A DNA stretch of 63,876 nt, counting the filler, from an uncultured bacterium (lineage in GTDB: Bacteria > CAZSTA01): assembly GCA_964609495.1 (NCBI GenBank). It is 3 parts of 3 records of this genome, joined end to end, with 100 filler letters (N's around TTAATTAATTAA, not from the genome) between each part and the next. Parts side by side here need not be neighbours in the genome. Positions count along the whole stretch, not along the records: positions 44,925 to 63,876 come from CAZSTA010000056.1; 2 more parts are not named here. One strand, written 5' to 3'. The translations under genes were made by a program, and so were the position numbers. A model generated the notes under the pieces. It ran no database searches. It saw only the letters and a list, made by a program, of their open reading frames with translations, and had not been told where the DNA came from. Numbering within the stretch: the stretch's first letter is position 1; each line of letters opens with the position of its first letter. Positions 61,261 to 63,876 of this stretch are shown piece by piece.

Positions 61261-61295
61261 TGAATCTTTGAAATACGAAGTATAGACTAAATGAG

Positions 61296-62540
61296 GTGAT
61301 AACTTTGGAAAAGGTTCGGGTAGGTGTTGTCGGGCTAGGATGGATATTTCTCGAAGCACACTTAAAGGCTTATGCTGAGCTTAATGAGGCTAAATTGGTA
61401 GCTCTATGTGACTTCGATGAGGCGAATTTAAAAAGAGGGGAGAGAGCGACCAAAAGAGCGATGGAAAGAAGGGTTAGAGCTTTAGAGGATAGTGGAGATG
61501 AGGATATAGCTAGGGAAGTCAGGAATGATATAGAGGGATTGAGACTTTATTCGGATTATCGAGAGCTACTTGATAAGGAAAGGATAGATCTTATCGATAT
61601 TTGCACCCCTCCTAATTCTCACTCTTTTATAGCGATCGATGCTCTAAGACGGGGGTTAAACGTTATGGCGGAGAAGCCGATGGATAGCTCCTGGCTCGAT
61701 TGTATAGAGGTGCTCGAGGCGGTGAAGGAGAGCGGCAAACTCTACCAACATAATGAAAATTGGATCTACGAACCTCTCTGGTACAATGCTCGCAAGATAA
61801 TAGATAGCGGGGCGATAGGGGAAGTAGTGCTTATGTTTTTGGCGACAGCTCATAGCGGTCCTGAATTTTCCTCCTGGTTCTGGACGCCCGAGATAGGGGG
61901 AGGGGGGGCTCTATTAGATAATGGGATTCATGCTTTGACCACCTCTTGGTTCTTAGTGGGTTTCGATCGCAAGCCAGTCAGGATTAAAGCGGCTGAACCA
62001 TACGGCTTAGCAACGCGGATGAAGAAGAGGATCATCGCTGGACGCTATCAAGATGTGGCAGTGGAGGATGATGCCCATATCCTGGTGGAGTTTGAGGATC
62101 CCGAATCTGGGGCTTGGGCGACCTCTCACGTCGAGGGATCCTGGAGTTGGCGAGATTCTAGGGAGACGATCATAATCGGGACAAATGGCTCGATAGAATT
62201 CATTCACGAGGAGGGAAAGAGCGCGCTGAAGATAACGGATTCCTTTGACAATACAAGGATAATTGAGGTTCAAGGGCCTAGTGGTTTCTACAGAGGTTTC
62301 TACGGAGAGATAAGGAATATGTGTAACTGCGTTGTTACGGGAATTAAACCGATATGTGATGAGCTAATCGGTGCTGAGGCTCAAGCTATGGTGGGTGCTG
62401 CTTATCTTTCCCAAGCTAGGGGCAGAAGGAGCGTCACCCTAGATGAGTTCAAGGAATTTGCGATGGATATCAAGAAGAGGGAGAAAAAGAATGCGTCGCA
62501 GGTTCTAATCGGCGAGTTAATAGCTGGTTTGAGGAAATAA
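61296..62540 (+). CDS. Gfo/Idh/MocA oxidoreductase
   Basis: VGLGWI, ICTPP..H, AEKPM, GGGALLDNGIH. Confidence 0.9.
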   Translation: MITLEKVRVGVVGLGWIFLEAHLKAYAELNEAKLVALCDFDEANLKRGERATKRAMERRVRALEDSGDEDIAREVRNDIEGLRLYSDYRELLDKERIDLIDICTPPNSHSFIAIDALRRGLNVMAEKPMDSSWLDCIEVLEAVKESGKLYQHNENWIYEPLWYNARKIIDSGAIGEVVLMFLATAHSGPEFSSWFWTPEIGGGGALLDNGIHALTTSWFLVGFDRKPVRIKAAEPYGLATRMKKRIIAGRYQDVAVEDDAHILVEFEDPESGAWATSHVEGSWSWRDSRETIIIGTNGSIEFIHEEGKSALKITDSFDNTRIIEVQGPSGFYRGFYGEIRNMCNCVVTGIKPICDELIGAEAQAMVGAAYLSQARGRRSVTLDEFKEFAMDIKKREKKNASQVLIGELIAGLRK

Positions 62541-62551
62541 GGGAGGGGTCT

Positions 62552-63574
62552 ATGAAAGCGGTGATCTTAGACGCTCCTGGTCAGTTGCGAGTTGGAGATG
62601 TTGATATACCAAACAGAAAAGAGGGAGAAGCGCTAGTAGAGATCAAGGCGGTGGGGATCTGCGGATCCGACCTGCGAGCTTGTAAGGGGAAACAGCCCTT
62701 CCTCTCTTATCCCAGAGTTTTAGGACATGAGCTGGCAGGGGTGATAGAGGAGATCGATGATAATGAGCGGGGATTGAAGATAGGGGATAAGGTAGTTATA
62801 GAACCTCTGATCCGCTGTGGTAAATGTTATCCTTGTAGGGTAGCTCGCTATAACTGCTGTGTCGATCTTCAAGTTTTGGGAGTCCATACCGATGGGGGTA
62901 TGGCAGAGTATATAAGCGTTCCTATAGAATTATTGCATAAGAGCAACTCAGATCTGCCCTTCTCCGTCCTAGCTCTAGCTGAGCCTCTGACGATCGGCTC
63001 TCAGGCGGTGAGCAGAGGCAGGGTTCATAAGAAGGATAGAGTCGCTATCATTGGAGCAGGGCCAATCGGATTGATGGCTTTGCAATCCGCTAAGAGTATA
63101 GGAGAGGTAGAGGTAGCTATAGTGGATATATTGGATTCTCGTCTTCAGCTAGCGAAGCGATTAGGAGCGGATCTAACTATAAATGCTGAAGAGGTTGATG
63201 TTGAGGAAGCGGTGCTTGATTTCACCTCGGGGGAGGGAGCAAGCGTTGTCATAGAGGCGGTGGGAGTCGCTGAGACGATAGAAAGCACTATCCAGTTGGT
63301 TTCCTCCGCGGGAAGGATTGTGTTTATCGGTCTAGGGGCGGATAAGGTCTGTTTCTCACCTCATCTCCTCATTAAAAAGGAGGTGGATATATTAGCCTCC
63401 CGCACCAGTTGCTTTATGTTCCCAAGGGCTTTAGAGTTGATCGAGGAGGGAAAGGTTGATGCCGCTTCGATGATCACTCATAGATATAAGTTGGAGGAAG
63501 CCGAAGAAGCTTTCAAATTTATAGAGGAACATCCTGATAAGATAGTCAAGGTAGTTTTAGAGAATCGGGGCTAA
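62552..63574 (+). CDS. Zinc-dependent alcohol/sugar-acid dehydrogenase
   Basis: GICGSD, GHE, CGKCYPC...C, GAGPIG. Confidence 0.93.
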   Translation: MKAVILDAPGQLRVGDVDIPNRKEGEALVEIKAVGICGSDLRACKGKQPFLSYPRVLGHELAGVIEEIDDNERGLKIGDKVVIEPLIRCGKCYPCRVARYNCCVDLQVLGVHTDGGMAEYISVPIELLHKSNSDLPFSVLALAEPLTIGSQAVSRGRVHKKDRVAIIGAGPIGLMALQSAKSIGEVEVAIVDILDSRLQLAKRLGADLTINAEEVDVEEAVLDFTSGEGASVVIEAVGVAETIESTIQLVSSAGRIVFIGLGADKVCFSPHLLIKKEVDILASRTSCFMFPRALELIEEGKVDAASMITHRYKLEEAEEAFKFIEEHPDKIVKVVLENRG

Positions 63575-63625
63575 GTGATCATCTTTATTTATTGGGGGAA
63601 ATAGAAGGCGGAAAATGAAGGATGT

Positions 63626-63811
63626 TAAGTAGTTTCAAAATTTTTTGTCGGAGATGTTCGGGATCAGATTAGACCTTGAACTCATATAAATCACCCTCCC
63701 CTAACCCCTCCCGTCAAGGGAGGGGGAACTAAAGAGAGCAATCTTATCTCAATGTTCCCTCTCCCCTCGTGGGAGAGGGATAGGGTGAGGGGGAATCATG
63801 TCTCGATCCCC
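63626..63811 (-). repeat. REP/MITE-like repeat, copy F
   Basis: Hairpin doublet 63693-63794, reverse of copy A; TAAGTAGTTTCAAA flank motif near 63626. Confidence 0.85.
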
Positions 63812-63876
63812 CTTAGCGAGGAACTAAGAATATGGTACTCCGATTAGAAGTTCAAAGACCAAAAGGCAGAAGATTT

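Noticed and set aside
1-63876. CRISPR array or cas genes
   Set aside because: No regularly spaced 23-50-bp repeats with unique spacers; the repeats seen are intragenic or dispersed.

Overview
Bacterial, MAG-like draft sequence of unassigned lineage. It consists of three separate contigs joined by artificial N-TTAATTAATTAA-N linkers (22452-22550, 44825-44924), plus two 100-N gaps (6425-6524, 51311-51410). Most of the window is housekeeping or sugar catabolism: MarR-cysE-pncA-pncB-iscU, udg, two mscS, aroH-aroF-tyrA-aroA, rluB, HEPN-MNT, trpS, a CBS tRNA nucleotidyltransferase, the tuf 3' end with tRNA-Ile and tRNA-Ala, tldD, split transketolase, ymdB, GH5, a GH106-like hydrolase and several dehydrogenases. 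Four features stand out. (1) A 6.06-kb transposase-less element (5173-11231) bounded by ~190-200-bp inverted repeats and a 6-bp AAATAT target duplication, carrying a giant secreted gingipain(C25)-like protein with an inserted beta-propeller and Cys-rich repeats plus a coupled partner gene. (2) An integrase-less integron-like locus (51625-52796) with a cassette, an attI-like site and a LexA-type box in face-to-face promoters. (3) A modular REP-doublet/MITE-like repeat family in six intergenic copies. (4) Duplication scars: a tandem mutarotase with an identical core, and an mscS duplication that carries a piece of the neighbouring isomerase gene. All calls come from reading the sequence and ORF track by eye; no searches were run.
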